Source of the DNA: a virus
Taxonomy: Duplodnaviria; Caudoviricetes
IMG/VR virus record: IMGVR_UViG_3300025030_000023
Location: 1 to 53,596 of that record
Direction: 5' to 3' (one strand)
DNA: 53,596 nucleotides
This document shows positions 1 to 8,408 of the stretch, in pieces. The position numbers and the translations under genes were made by a program. Positions within the stretch are counted from its first letter, which is position 1. Every line of letters begins with the position of its first letter. Under the pieces are notes generated by a model, which was not told the DNA's origin, made no database searches, and saw nothing but the letters and a program-made list of their open reading frames with translations.

Positions 1-127
1 CCCCCACCTGCCCCAAGATGCCAGTTTTAACCCATTGCAATGCACTGAGAGAGGCCAATAGAAAGGCCAAGGAGGGGAAATGAAGGTGATTTCCAGCATA
101 GAGTTTTCCATTCTCGACAATGGCAAG
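1..127. repeat. Terminal direct repeat, copy 1 (identical to 53470-53596); circular-assembly overlap
   Basis: Exact 127-nt match of both window ends. Confidence 0.97.
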
Positions 128-445
128 TATCGGCTGGACAAGGCCATTATTTATCACTCCCCACGGTACGACCGCACCATCACCGTACCAGCCGGATATA
201 TCAGCGACGGCGCAACGGGGGCAATGGATATTGCGTCTCAAGCGTGGTGGGTCCATGATCGTGCGTGTGAAGGGAAATGGAATGATGGAACCGACATCTG
301 CAACTGGGAGTGTTCCCAAATCTTGCAGGACATTTTGGCGGCAGAGGGCAGGTGGTGGCAGTCAAAATATTGGTTCGCCGCAACATTCCTGTTTGGAGGC
401 GGCAAGGCTCGCAAGAACGGGATGTTCAAAGTGAGGACAGCATGA
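80..445 (+). CDS. DUF1353-like conserved phage protein
   Basis: ITVPAGYISDGA...WWVHD motif; GGAGG RBS; lysis-region position. Confidence 0.7.
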   Translation: MKVISSIEFSILDNGKYRLDKAIIYHSPRYDRTITVPAGYISDGATGAMDIASQAWWVHDRACEGKWNDGTDICNWECSQILQDILAAEGRWWQSKYWFAATFLFGGGKARKNGMFKVRTA

Positions 446-633
446 AACGTCGCATTGGCTCCGCCGCAGGGGGCGCTATCGCTACGGCTGCAATACCGGC
501 AGGAATGGGCGTGTGGGACTTGAAAGTATTAGCGGGAGCTGCTGCAATTGGCGCGATAGGGGGGCTGTGTGGGGTGAACGTCGCGCAAAGGGTGCAGAGG
601 GCAATGGCGCAAAGAAAAGCGCCCCCACCGTAG
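442..633 (+). CDS. Small membrane protein, possible holin
   Basis: ATG overlaps upstream stop; two Gly/Ala-rich hydrophobic segments and a basic C-terminus. Confidence 0.5.
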   Translation: MKRRIGSAAGGAIATAAIPAGMGVWDLKVLAGAAAIGAIGGLCGVNVAQRVQRAMAQRKAPPP

Positions 634-648
634 CAGGGGCGCGGGTGG

Positions 649-912
649 TTACTCTGCCGGTTCGTAAGTGGCTGCGAAAATATCCGGTTTGCAAGGGTAA
701 AACTCGCCCTTAATCCCCTTAATAATCCAGTCGCCTTTGTCTGCTCTGTGTGTACCTTCAAGCGTCGGGATGGAAAGACTCCCATTCACCCAACTAGCCA
801 ACTCATTGCCTGGGCGGTAACCTTTGTTTATCCAGTGGAGCAAACCATAACTTTCAGCATCGTCGTTAAACTGATGCGCCTCTATCACTACCGGCTTTTT
901 TCTGAACTTCAT
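649..912 (-). CDS. Conserved phage protein (KFRKKPVVIEA...GEFYPCKPDIF family)
   Basis: Characteristic widespread phage motif. Confidence 0.8.
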   Translation of the reverse strand: MKFRKKPVVIEAHQFNDDAESYGLLHWINKGYRPGNELASWVNGSLSIPTLEGTHRADKGDWIIKGIKGEFYPCKPDIFAATYEPAE

Positions 913-949
913 TTTTTCCTACCCCTCTGTTATGGCTCTCGCCGTGATA

Positions 950-1067
950 GTTATTCTAGTTCCAAACCCTTTTCGTTTCTCTCTTCAGTGGAGATGCCCA
1001 CATCTCGGATGGGGTGCGCTAGAACTTGCCGCACCGTCTCCTTGCCCTTGCCATTGACAGACACTCA
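950..1067 (-). repeat. Dispersed element, subtype A
   Basis: TGAGTGTCTGTCA-N14-GAGACG-N14-AGCGCACCCCATCCGAG...GAAGAGAGAAACGAAAAGGGTTT...TAAC on the minus strand. Confidence 0.85.
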
Positions 1068-1071
1068 AGAA

Positions 1072-1341
1072 TCAATCATCCCATAACTGATGCTTCGAAC
1101 AAATTGCGTCCATGTCGGGCCTTCCACGATAAACACGCAACTCCCCGCCATCTTTGTAGACATGCTTGATGTACCGCTGGCCCGGCAGGATCTTGAACCC
1201 GTCCGTCTGCGCAGCAACATACCCTGGTACATCCTCATCCGGCAAGTCTTGGACACATGACCCGTTATGAAATACCCTTGACGCATCGCAGAAGTACTCT
1301 TTTTTAGCTCTTGGCTCAGATGCCTTTATCAAATCGCCCAC
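1072..1341 (-). CDS. Hypothetical protein (cargo between inverted elements)
   Basis: GTG start after GGAGG; open frame. Confidence 0.65.
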   Translation of the reverse strand: MGDLIKASEPRAKKEYFCDASRVFHNGSCVQDLPDEDVPGYVAAQTDGFKILPGQRYIKHVYKDGGELRVYRGRPDMDAICSKHQLWDD

Positions 1342-1360
1342 GGTCCATCCTCCCTGTTTT

Positions 1361-1466
1361 TTAGTGCCTGTCAGTGACCGCACCCCGCAAACACCGCACT
1401 CCGTTCCGGATGCACCCCTTGCGAGATAGCGGCATTGCGGTGAAGCTTCTCACCAAACGCCTTTGA
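1361..1466 (+). repeat. Dispersed element, subtype B (central box degenerate)
   Basis: TTAGTGCCTGTCA...GCACCCCTTGCGAG...TTCTCACCAAACGCCTTTGA; same 106-bp length as the 8287-8392 copy. Confidence 0.7.
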
Positions 1467-1537
1467 CTTTCCTACGCTCAACAGATAACCAGCAACCATA
1501 TCAGTATGAGCAAAAAGGTTGTCTCGGCTTCCACTGG

Positions 1538-2008
1538 CTATCCCTCCGTAGATGTAGGGGCAAGGGCTTCACGGGCGATGTCGGCTAAGCAGTGCTTATA
1601 CCACTCGGGGTGAACGGATATCCGGCATAAGGCTTTTCTGTATCTGTCCCTCTCCCCCTTCACCTCTTTCAGCTCCGCATAGATGGCGTCATGGGCGACT
1701 CACCATGTGTCGCGCTCAGCAATGGTCATTTCTAGTGTCTTCGCAAGAGTTCTTACGCACTCTTTCTGCCCATCAAGTTCGGACTCAGTTGCCTCAGCCC
1801 GTTCAACAAACGAATGGCCAACTGGACCATTGGCCCAATCCGTCACGAGGCTGTCAAAGTTGGCCCTTGACTGTGCCAACTCCCCCTCTACGGTAGAGAG
1901 TTGCTGGCGCAAAAATTCTATCTGTTCGGCGTGGCGCTCAATCAACCTGTTGGTTTTGGCGTTGAACTCGGCCTCAATTTCGGCTATGAGCTTGCCTGCG
2001 TTATCCAT
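1538..2008 (-). pseudogene. Coiled-coil protein interrupted by an in-frame TGA at 1700-1702
   Basis: Frame continues 53 sense codons past the TGA with coiled-coil character (ELKEVKGERDRYRKAL...IAREAL). Confidence 0.55.
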
Positions 2009-2030
2009 ACTTCCCTCCTTATCCCACATA

Positions 2031-2098
2031 GTTAAACATCTAAAATCATTCGTTTCTCCCCTCCGCGCAGCCGCCGACATGCTAGGTGGGGTGCTCCG
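2031..2098 (-). repeat. Partial (outer half) subtype A element
   Basis: GGAGCACCCCACCTAG...GGAGGGGAGAAACGAATGATTTT...TAAC on the minus strand. Confidence 0.6.
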
Positions 2099-2211
2099 AT
2101 ACTAATTTGTTAATGATATAAACTTCTTGGGCGTTACGGCTTTGCCGCCGCTCTGTCATGAACTGAGCCTCTGTGAGCCTCAGCCCTTCGGGTGACGGTC
2201 GCTAACGCTTA

Positions 2212-2970
2212 TCAGCCTATCAGCGTTTCCCATGCCAGTTTAACCACTGCTGGAACTTGGCCGTTTCCAGTTGCCGCAAGCCTGTCCACGATTGTGGCCA
2301 CAGCATCAAGAGTTCGTGCATCGTCGGACAAAGCCATCCGTCCTGCGTCCAGAGCTCGACCGCTGGTCTGAACCACATCAGACTTGACCCTACCGACGCC
2401 CCACTTGGTCGAGATTCTCTGCGTTCCTTTCGGCCCATTGTTGTTTTGCAGACTACTTTCAGACCATCGGTTTTGCATGGAGTCGGCCAAAATCCAGATG
2501 CGTTCGCGGAGGTGTCGTGCTCCAGCATCCGCTGCTGAAAACACTCCCCACCTAGCATTAAACCCCATCTCGGCCAAGTCTCCGAGAACCCTTCCAAGTC
2601 CCCTAGAAGTGAGAATTGGTGAGTTTTCCACGAAGACAAATCTTGGCTGTACCTCGCAAATGATCCTCGCCATTTCTCCCCAAAGTCCTTATCTTTTGCC
2701 TTCAATTCCTGCACCGGTCCCTGCACAACTAATGTCTTGGCAGGGAAACCCGCCAGAAACCACGTCAACAATGCCTCGCCACGGTCTGCCGTCAAAGGTG
2801 CAAACGTCATCCCAGACAGGGAAGGTGCCGAGAACGCCGTCATTCTGTCGCTGCATAAGTACGCTAGCGGCATAGGGGTCTCGTTCAACGGCACAGACGG
2901 TGCGCCATCCGAGAAGTTTGCCACCGAGTATTCCTCCACCAGCGCCTGCGAAAAGTGCCAACTCATTCAC
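2212..2970 (-). pseudogene. C5-cytosine DNA methyltransferase 1 (alpha chain) with an in-frame TAA at 2689-2691
   Basis: Motifs FAGAGG, GFPCQ, ENS, RERIW and GNGQVP all in one frame; reads GKR*GLW. Confidence 0.85.
2220..2966 (-). CDS. Nested out-of-frame beta subunit of methyltransferase 1
   Basis: 248-codon ORF inside the MTase; FWPTP and motif IX-like LCPTMHELLMLWPQSWT; parallels 9527-10048. Confidence 0.65.
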   Translation of the reverse strand: MSWHFSQALVEEYSVANFSDGAPSVPLNETPMPLAYLCSDRMTAFSAPSLSGMTFAPLTADRGEALLTWFLAGFPAKTLVVQGPVQELKAKDKDFGEKWRGSFARYSQDLSSWKTHQFSLLGDLEGFSETWPRWGLMLGGECFQQRMLEHDTSANASGFWPTPCKTDGLKVVCKTTMGRKERRESRPSGASVGSSLMWFRPAVELWTQDGWLCPTMHELLMLWPQSWTGLRQLETAKFQQWLNWHGKR

Positions 2971-3427
2971 TGGTTCTCCCCTCTGTCTCACTCGGCGGGG
3001 CGGATAGCGAAAGATACTCTTGATAGATGTTGGCGCGTTCATCACCTGTGACCATACAGGCATACAACGGATTGACAATATATGCACTACCCCCCTTGGC
3101 GCGAGGCCGCATAATGTCTTTCGCTATGAGCGTGGCTTTTATCTTCTTACAGTTGGCTAGTGAAACTTCGATCTCCCGTAAAATCTCTTCGGGGTCAAAG
3201 AAAACCAAATTATCCTTGCGCATATTGAGGACAAGAAACTGTATAACCTCATGCGTTGCACCTGACATCCCTTTAGGGAACATACGCCCTCTCCCGTTTT
3301 GGAACACCTTGTAAAAGATGTCCTGTAAGTATGGTGCAAACTCGGTAGCCATAAGGCTTTCACCGGTCTGCTCGTTAAAAACTTCCCTCTTTCCCTTGTA
3401 CTTCCATTTTGTGCGTTGGTTGTGCAT
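2963..3427 (-). CDS. RepL-like winged-HTH protein 1
   Basis: N-terminal EQTGE, HTH region, YIVNP motif; paralogue of 8942-9388. Confidence 0.7.
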   Translation of the reverse strand: MHNQRTKWKYKGKREVFNEQTGESLMATEFAPYLQDIFYKVFQNGRGRMFPKGMSGATHEVIQFLVLNMRKDNLVFFDPEEILREIEVSLANCKKIKATLIAKDIMRPRAKGGSAYIVNPLYACMVTGDERANIYQEYLSLSAPPSETEGRTSE

Positions 3428-3500
3428 GAGCCATATTACAAGATACGTCTGTATCCGTCAAGGATAAAATCGTATCCCGATAAGGTGTACTTTTGTATCC
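3428..3500 (-). promoter_or_regulatory. Sigma70-type promoter with three GGATAC repeats; probably leaderless mRNA
   Basis: TTGACG-17-TAATAT-5 nt-ATG; GTATCC on + strand at 3451, 3472 and 3495. Confidence 0.65.
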
Positions 3501-3528
3501 ACGGCACATAAGAATTACGGTGACTTAC

Positions 3529-3644
3529 GGGCCGCACTTCTTAGTCTAGTTCATACCCTTACTGTTGAACCTTTAGCCGGTGAGTTTTTGGCTTGGTTCA
3601 CCACACTTGAAAAGAGCTTTTGAATCTCCCAGATAAGGTTTTGA
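3529..3644 (-). repeat. 116-bp conserved element upstream of RepL-like gene 1
   Basis: Aligns nearly gap-free with 8712-8827 (shared TATCTGG, AAAAGC, GGTGA, CTAAAG-TTCA, GGTAT, AGACTA, GCGGCCC). Confidence 0.8.
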
Positions 3645-3646
3645 CT

Positions 3647-4171
3647 TTACCGCCTGCGTTCCAACATCTGATTATATTTCTCGTTCAGATTGGTAATTGT
3701 AGCCTCAACATCTATACCGTAGTGATTCCAGAACTCCCACCCCGTTAGCCTCGCTGACCCGTGATAGCTTCCTGGCAGCGCAGGAGTGCCACCCAGAGTA
3801 TGATGCCAACAGCATATAGGCAATGTGCGGTATGAGCTGCAAACACCGCCCTTTCGCCCTTCCTTGCGCTTATTTTGGTGATGACTTTGTGCGGGACCAC
3901 CGCAGATCAAGCACGGCAAACTGCGTATCCACGCCATGTACTTTTCATCGACAACAGGGACCTCTTTTATCTGCGCCCTCATCTCCGGTCGGCTATGATT
4001 GCCCGACATCCCCCCAAGGGAAGGCTTACCGCGCTCTGCTGGGGAGGGGGTATGAAGCCTTGCACATTTTCGGCGGCAGAACTGAGAGCGTAGCCGCTCC
4101 TTGTAGTCATCATCAGACTCGGCGTAATACTGGCCCTGTATGATTTCTATGCCGCAGTGTTTGCAGTTCAT
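3647..4171 (-). CDS. DUF968/HNH-like Zn-binding protein
   Basis: YMAWIRSLPCLICG...HH...LPICCWHH. Confidence 0.7.
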   Translation of the reverse strand: MNCKHCGIEIIQGQYYAESDDDYKERLRSQFCRRKCARLHTPSPAERGKPSLGGMSGNHSRPEMRAQIKEVPVVDEKYMAWIRSLPCLICGGPAQSHHQNKRKEGRKGGVCSSYRTLPICCWHHTLGGTPALPGSYHGSARLTGWEFWNHYGIDVEATITNLNEKYNQMLERRR

Positions 4172-4329
4172 CAGCCGTTGTCCCTGCCAGACATTGCCGC
4201 GCTGTGACAGTCTTCGCAGTAAGGACCAGTTTTAGCGCCGTCAATTTCCCATGTTAAATAAAGGCTGTCTTCGCCCTCGCCTGCTTTGCCTGTCGGGTAT
4301 CCGCAATTGATACATATTTCTTCTTCCAT
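4171..4329 (-). CDS. Small Zn-finger protein (52 aa)
   Basis: CINC...CEDC; GGAGGG RBS. Confidence 0.55.
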   Translation of the reverse strand: MEEEICINCGYPTGKAGEGEDSLYLTWEIDGAKTGPYCEDCHSAAMSGRDNG

Positions 4330-4413
4330 TATTCCCTCCCCCTTTTCAGTTGATCCAGATGAAACACCGCCACACTAAACGCGCTCCGCAGGTCACTTGC
4401 CCCTACTAGGGGT

Positions 4414-4743
4414 TTACGTTATCAGTAGGTCAATGCCATGTACTGACTTCATCAAGTGCATCTTGACGCGGAACACATCAGTCTGGACCCCTTTCACGTC
4501 CTCAACAACCGTCTTCCCTGTCGCATCATCAATGTAGACGAAATCAGCACAGTACCGCAGGGCTGGCTTACGCCTCCCATGCAGAACCACAGAAGGTGCC
4601 AAGATGAAAACCCGTTGGCGGTCTAATTCTCTGATCTTGCCCACTTTGTAAAGCATCTTCAAATCTTGCCACCGGCGTCCTTCCTTGGCTGAGTCAAACT
4701 TGATGCCATCTATTACCACCTTCTTGTTGCCGTACTTGGGCAT
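4414..4743 (-). CDS. DUF1064 family PD-(D/E)xK endonuclease
   Basis: KYGNKK..IDGIKFDSAKE, YCADFVY, VEDVKG. Confidence 0.85.
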   Translation of the reverse strand: MPKYGNKKVVIDGIKFDSAKEGRRWQDLKMLYKVGKIRELDRQRVFILAPSVVLHGRRKPALRYCADFVYIDDATGKTVVEDVKGVQTDVFRVKMHLMKSVHGIDLLIT

Positions 4744-4769
4744 CTATTCCTCCAGTAAAGGGTGGTGTG

Positions 4770-5486
4770 CTAGGCTATCTGCTTATGAGCTACAGGAACG
4801 AGAGACTTGCCTATCAAATCGGCATAGCTTTCGACCCTTTTCTTTGCCAGAATATAAATCTCTTTGTAGTGCAACCCTTGGTCCATACCATCCCTCAGGG
4901 CTTTCATTACAACTTGGTCAGCACTTTTGACTGTGGAAAGCTGATGAAGGTCTAGTAGGTTGCGGATGTTTTTGTACTTCTGCTCCAAAAGGAACAGGGC
5001 CTTGTTCTCCATCGTGGTCAGTGTGATGTAATACTTCGCCGCATTCATGCTGCCTTGCGCTGTGGCGTAGTCAGTGAAGTTTTTGATGGTATCAGTGGTG
5101 AGCAATCGCGTTTCCTTGCCAAGCTTGCGCTGCTCCAACCATTCAGCGTTCTGATGCATAGCCGCAAGCTGTGACAGTCGCCGTTCCATCTGGTTGAAGG
5201 CGTCAATGTATTGCAGCTTAAACTCAAGAGCTTTCTTGCCAGTGAAACCCATTGCCAATAAACTGAAGCCGTCACGGTTCATGGTAAACATGACCTGAAG
5301 CCTCTGCTGCTCGTTGAGATACGTTGACTCCCCAAAAATGGGGAGACGTTCCGGCGGCAGTTCGCCCATTAGTTTTCTGATATCGCGGATAACATGGTCA
5401 TGGCGTTTGCCGAAAACTTCAGCCACGATCAAGCTAGTGGTTTGCGCCTCCTCGCGCTGTATCGTCACTAACTGTTGCACTGTCAT
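4770..5486 (-). CDS. rha: Rha family regulatory protein 1
   Basis: TSLIVAEVFGKRHDHVIRDI...MNRDGFSLLAMGFTGKKALEFK. Confidence 0.9.
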   Translation of the reverse strand: MTVQQLVTIQREEAQTTSLIVAEVFGKRHDHVIRDIRKLMGELPPERLPIFGESTYLNEQQRLQVMFTMNRDGFSLLAMGFTGKKALEFKLQYIDAFNQMERRLSQLAAMHQNAEWLEQRKLGKETRLLTTDTIKNFTDYATAQGSMNAAKYYITLTTMENKALFLLEQKYKNIRNLLDLHQLSTVKSADQVVMKALRDGMDQGLHYKEIYILAKKRVESYADLIGKSLVPVAHKQIA

Positions 5487-5680
5487 GCCACGTCTCCTAT
5501 CTTCTTGGGCTCAACTTCCAGAGCCGCCGCCAGTTTCTTGAGCACACCAAGTGACACAGCACCCCCTTTCTCTGCATGGCAGATGGTGGGGACCGACACC
5601 CCTGACTTCTCTGCCAAGTCTTGCTGTGTGAGGAAGTTCTCGGCCCGAAGCCGTCGCAAGTCTTTAATATGATATTCCAT
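5483..5680 (-). CDS. XRE/Cro-like HTH regulator
   Basis: LRRLR...LTQQDLAEKSGVSVPTI...KLAAALEV. Confidence 0.85.
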   Translation of the reverse strand: MEYHIKDLRRLRAENFLTQQDLAEKSGVSVPTICHAEKGGAVSLGVLKKLAAALEVEPKKIGDVA

Positions 5681-5853
5681 GTACACCTCCGTTTTGTTTC
5701 GTCCAATATACATGACCCCACGCTAGAGTCAAGGTTTTTATCTACGATCGACCAAAAGATATTTCTTGCCTTTATGCAAACTTTGTCCTTTACAACCCCC
5801 TCCCTCCGTGCTAAATTTGCCCCATCAGACAGACCAACTAAAGGAGGGATAAG
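5681..5853. promoter_or_regulatory. Divergent promoter region
   Basis: Strand switch; TTGACT-16-TATATT (minus) and TTTACA-17-TAAATT (plus). Confidence 0.5.
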
Positions 5854-6171
5854 ATGGACACCATGCATAAACGTACAATGAAGTTCAACGGCAACGAGAT
5901 AGTTTTCACTGATACCCCTAACTGCGGCATAGCCGGTATCGCCAATGACCAACCCGAAGAGTTGGCGGAAGAGATTGTCAATCGCTGGAACCAACACACA
6001 TGCGGCGTCGGCATGTACGGTGAAACTCCCCGCGTCCAGATCGGCAAGTTTTCCCTTTGCCGCCAGGATGACAACAGCGTGTGGTTAGAAATCGAAGGTG
6101 AGGAAGGCCAGCAGATTGGCGATGCTGTTATGGAAGCCGACTTGCAGGAAATCTTTGACAAGAGATTTTAG
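5854..6171 (+). CDS. Hypothetical early protein
   Basis: AAGGAGG RBS; AEEIVNRWN motif. Confidence 0.7.
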   Translation: MDTMHKRTMKFNGNEIVFTDTPNCGIAGIANDQPEELAEEIVNRWNQHTCGVGMYGETPRVQIGKFSLCRQDDNSVWLEIEGEEGQQIGDAVMEADLQEIFDKRF

Positions 6172-6179
6172 GGGGAACC

Positions 6180-6428
6180 ATGACCTACTCGGACAAAAGA
6201 ACACTGGTAGCGTTTCTCGGCATCATGCAGCACTCGCGGGACTACTCGCAACGGAAGATGGCAGATTACAGGAAGATAGCTGCAACGGTAGAGAACGACC
6301 TTGACCGCGACCTTGCCAACAGGATGAAAGCCAGATACGAGGCGAAGTCGGAAACGGCGGAAGAATTTATTGAAGATTTCATGGAGCTGTACGCCGAAGA
6401 GTTGGGGGAGTTGTCCAATGGCGAATAA
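6180..6428 (+). CDS. Hypothetical protein
   Basis: RBS; operon spacing. Confidence 0.65.
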   Translation: MTYSDKRTLVAFLGIMQHSRDYSQRKMADYRKIAATVENDLDRDLANRMKARYEAKSETAEEFIEDFMELYAEELGELSNGE

Positions 6429-6468
6429 CGAATTTAGCTGTGCCGTGAGGCACGAGCGGGTGTTAAAC
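6423..6468 (+). mobile_element. Minimal attC-like site
   Basis: TAAC...GCTGTGCC-GTGA-GGCAC-G-AGC...GTTAAAC; stem with an extrahelical G. Confidence 0.55.
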
Positions 6469-6481
6469 CCGCAAGGAGGGG

Positions 6482-6949
6482 GTGGTGGCGATTAGGATCA
6501 GGACTGTCAATGGCGTAACGGTAGCATTATGCGCCGTCGAATCTGATGAACGGCAAGGAGATATCTACCTGGACGATGGGGCACACCATGCCCTTTCAAC
6601 CAAATTCGGTCTTGATTTTCACTCAATGGGGTACTTGGACAATCCACGGGCGGACCCTCTCGTTGTTGAAGTTATGGCTACGCAGAAAGTAAGAGATGCC
6701 GAGGAAGAACATAATCTTTGGGAAAGGGAAAGGAATGCCTGTCGCAGAGGCGGTGCGGCCACGATAGAGATCATCAAAATCCTGTGGGGCGGATTGCTCT
6801 GCTTCGCTGGCATCCACGACGGAGCGCCTGATGGCGACTGGCTCACCTGTGACCGTTGCGGCGACAAGATGCCGATGTCTCGCATCATCCCGCTAGGGGC
6901 TGATGCACGGAAACAGGCCAAAGAGTACAGGGACAGAGAGTCGGTTTAA
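6482..6949 (+). CDS. Hypothetical protein, cassette 1 cargo
   Basis: Stop codon lies in the R'' box GTTTAAC. Confidence 0.65.
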   Translation: MVAIRIRTVNGVTVALCAVESDERQGDIYLDDGAHHALSTKFGLDFHSMGYLDNPRADPLVVEVMATQKVRDAEEEHNLWERERNACRRGGAATIEIIKILWGGLLCFAGIHDGAPDGDWLTCDRCGDKMPMSRIIPLGADARKQAKEYRDRESV

Positions 6950-7030
6950 CGGATGGCGCATGAGGCGCACCAACCCGCGCCAGCTTGCGCAAACTATCAC
7001 ACACCAGCCGCCTCGATGCGCTGGTTACAC
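6944..7030 (+). mobile_element. attC: Integron attC site (87 bp)
   Basis: R'' GTTTAAC, L'' CGCATGAGG, L' CCTC-G-ATGCG, R' GTTACAC. Confidence 0.8.
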
Positions 7031-7051
7031 AAGCACAAAGGAGATTATGCA

Positions 7052-7888
7052 ATGAAATGCTTTTATCACAGTGCAGACCTGGACGGGCAATGCAGCGGGG
7101 CTATCGTGAAGATGGTCAACCCTGAGTGCGAGATGATCGGCATCAATTACGGTGACACTTTCCCCTGGGAGAAGATCGACCAGGGCGAGACGGTGTTCAT
7201 GGTGGATTTCTGCCTCCAGCCGTTCTCTGACATGCTGCGCCTTCAGGAGTTGGCGGATTTCATCTGGATCGACCATCACAAAACCTCGCTGGAAGCTGCG
7301 GAGGGGTCCGGCTTCAACATGGTCAATGCGCTGCTGGAAATCGGACGGGCGGGCTGTGAACTGACTTGGCAGTGGTTCCATGAGGCGGATGTCTTTCTAC
7401 CCCGCACCGTTTTCCTCCTGGGACGCTATGACGTGTGGGACCACCACAACCACGCCGGCGCGCTGGAGTTCCAGTACGGGATGAGGAATGTTGGCGACAC
7501 GAGGCCCGACAACCAGTGGCTCTGGCAAAACCTCTTTAACCATGCCGGAGATGTCGAGGATATCATCGGAAAGGGCGGGGCTCTTCTCGCCTACGAGGAA
7601 CGGAACAACGAGATGTACGTCAAGTCCTGCGCCTTTGAGACGGAACTGGACGGCCTGCGCTGCATCGCCGTGAACAAGGGGCTGACGAACTCGCTGTTGT
7701 TCAAGTCGGTCTATGACCCGGCGAAACATGACGCCATGCTTTCTTTTGTTCGTCGCCCTGGTAAGTGGACTTGCTCCCTTTACGCCGACAAGCCGGAGGT
7801 GGACGCCTCGGCGATCTGCAAGGCTCGCGGTGGTGGCGGTCACAAGGGCGCGGCGGGGTTCCAGTGCGAGACGCTGCCGTTTGTGTAA
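7052..7888 (+). CDS. DHH/DHHA1 phosphoesterase (nanoRNase-like), cassette 2 cargo
   Basis: YHSADLDG, MVDF, IDHHK, GGGGHKGAAGF. Confidence 0.9.
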   Translation: MKCFYHSADLDGQCSGAIVKMVNPECEMIGINYGDTFPWEKIDQGETVFMVDFCLQPFSDMLRLQELADFIWIDHHKTSLEAAEGSGFNMVNALLEIGRAGCELTWQWFHEADVFLPRTVFLLGRYDVWDHHNHAGALEFQYGMRNVGDTRPDNQWLWQNLFNHAGDVEDIIGKGGALLAYEERNNEMYVKSCAFETELDGLRCIAVNKGLTNSLLFKSVYDPAKHDAMLSFVRRPGKWTCSLYADKPEVDASAICKARGGGGHKGAAGFQCETLPFV

Positions 7889-7974
7889 CTATTTACTATC
7901 TAGCCGCGTGGCGGCATATCGCGCAAGGGCGATCAACGGGATTATCCTGTGATAGCCGCCACATAGCTGAGATA
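7883..7974 (+). mobile_element. attC: attC site with R' lost
   Basis: R'' GTGTAAC; TATCT-AGC / GCT-G-AGATA and GTGGCGGC/GCCGCCAC arms; no terminal GTT. Confidence 0.6.
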
Positions 7975-8286
7975 ATGAAAACGCAAATACCGCCACAGGA
8001 GTCACCATTGATCTGTCCAAACTGCAGCTCAGACGACTACCACCGCAACGGCTACGCTGGCACCACCCGCTGCAACTATTGCGGCTACGACGCCAAACTT
8101 CCCCACATCCGCCCCGTTCTCTTCGTGGGACCACAGAGGGTAGTTGACGCAACGTGGCTAGCGGAGCAGGCGGAGTATATCGCGGAGCACGGGTATGGGT
8201 GCTGCGGAAGTAGGACAATTGGGCAGCACATGTACGACTGCCGACAGCAGCCGAGAGAGTATAGGACTATTAGACGCCGTGGATAA
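7975..8286 (+). CDS. Zn-ribbon hypothetical protein
   Basis: CPNC...CNYC; start codon uncertain. Confidence 0.5.
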   Translation: MKTQIPPQESPLICPNCSSDDYHRNGYAGTTRCNYCGYDAKLPHIRPVLFVGPQRVVDATWLAEQAEYIAEHGYGCCGSRTIGQHMYDCRQQPREYRTIRRRG

Positions 8287-8392
8287 TCAAAGGCTTACGG
8301 GGAGACAGAGCGCCAGAGCCTCCCACTGCACAGGTAGGGGCGCTCCGTGACACTGGCACCGTCTCCCTGCTACATTAACTGACAGGCACATG
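8287..8392 (-). repeat. Dispersed element, subtype B
   Basis: GTGCCTGTCA-N14-GAGACG-N15-AGCGCCCCTACCTGTG...TCTCCCCGTAAGCCTTTGA on the minus strand. Confidence 0.85.
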
Positions 8393-8408
8393 GGCCAGGG
8401 GGGGAAGT

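Noticed and set aside
1-127. Biological terminal repeat
   Set aside because: 127 nt equals a common assembler k-mer and the repeat cuts through genes; more likely a circularisation overlap
1538-2970. Genome-wide stop-codon reassignment
   Set aside because: The two internal stops differ (TGA and TAA), and all core genes are intact in the standard code
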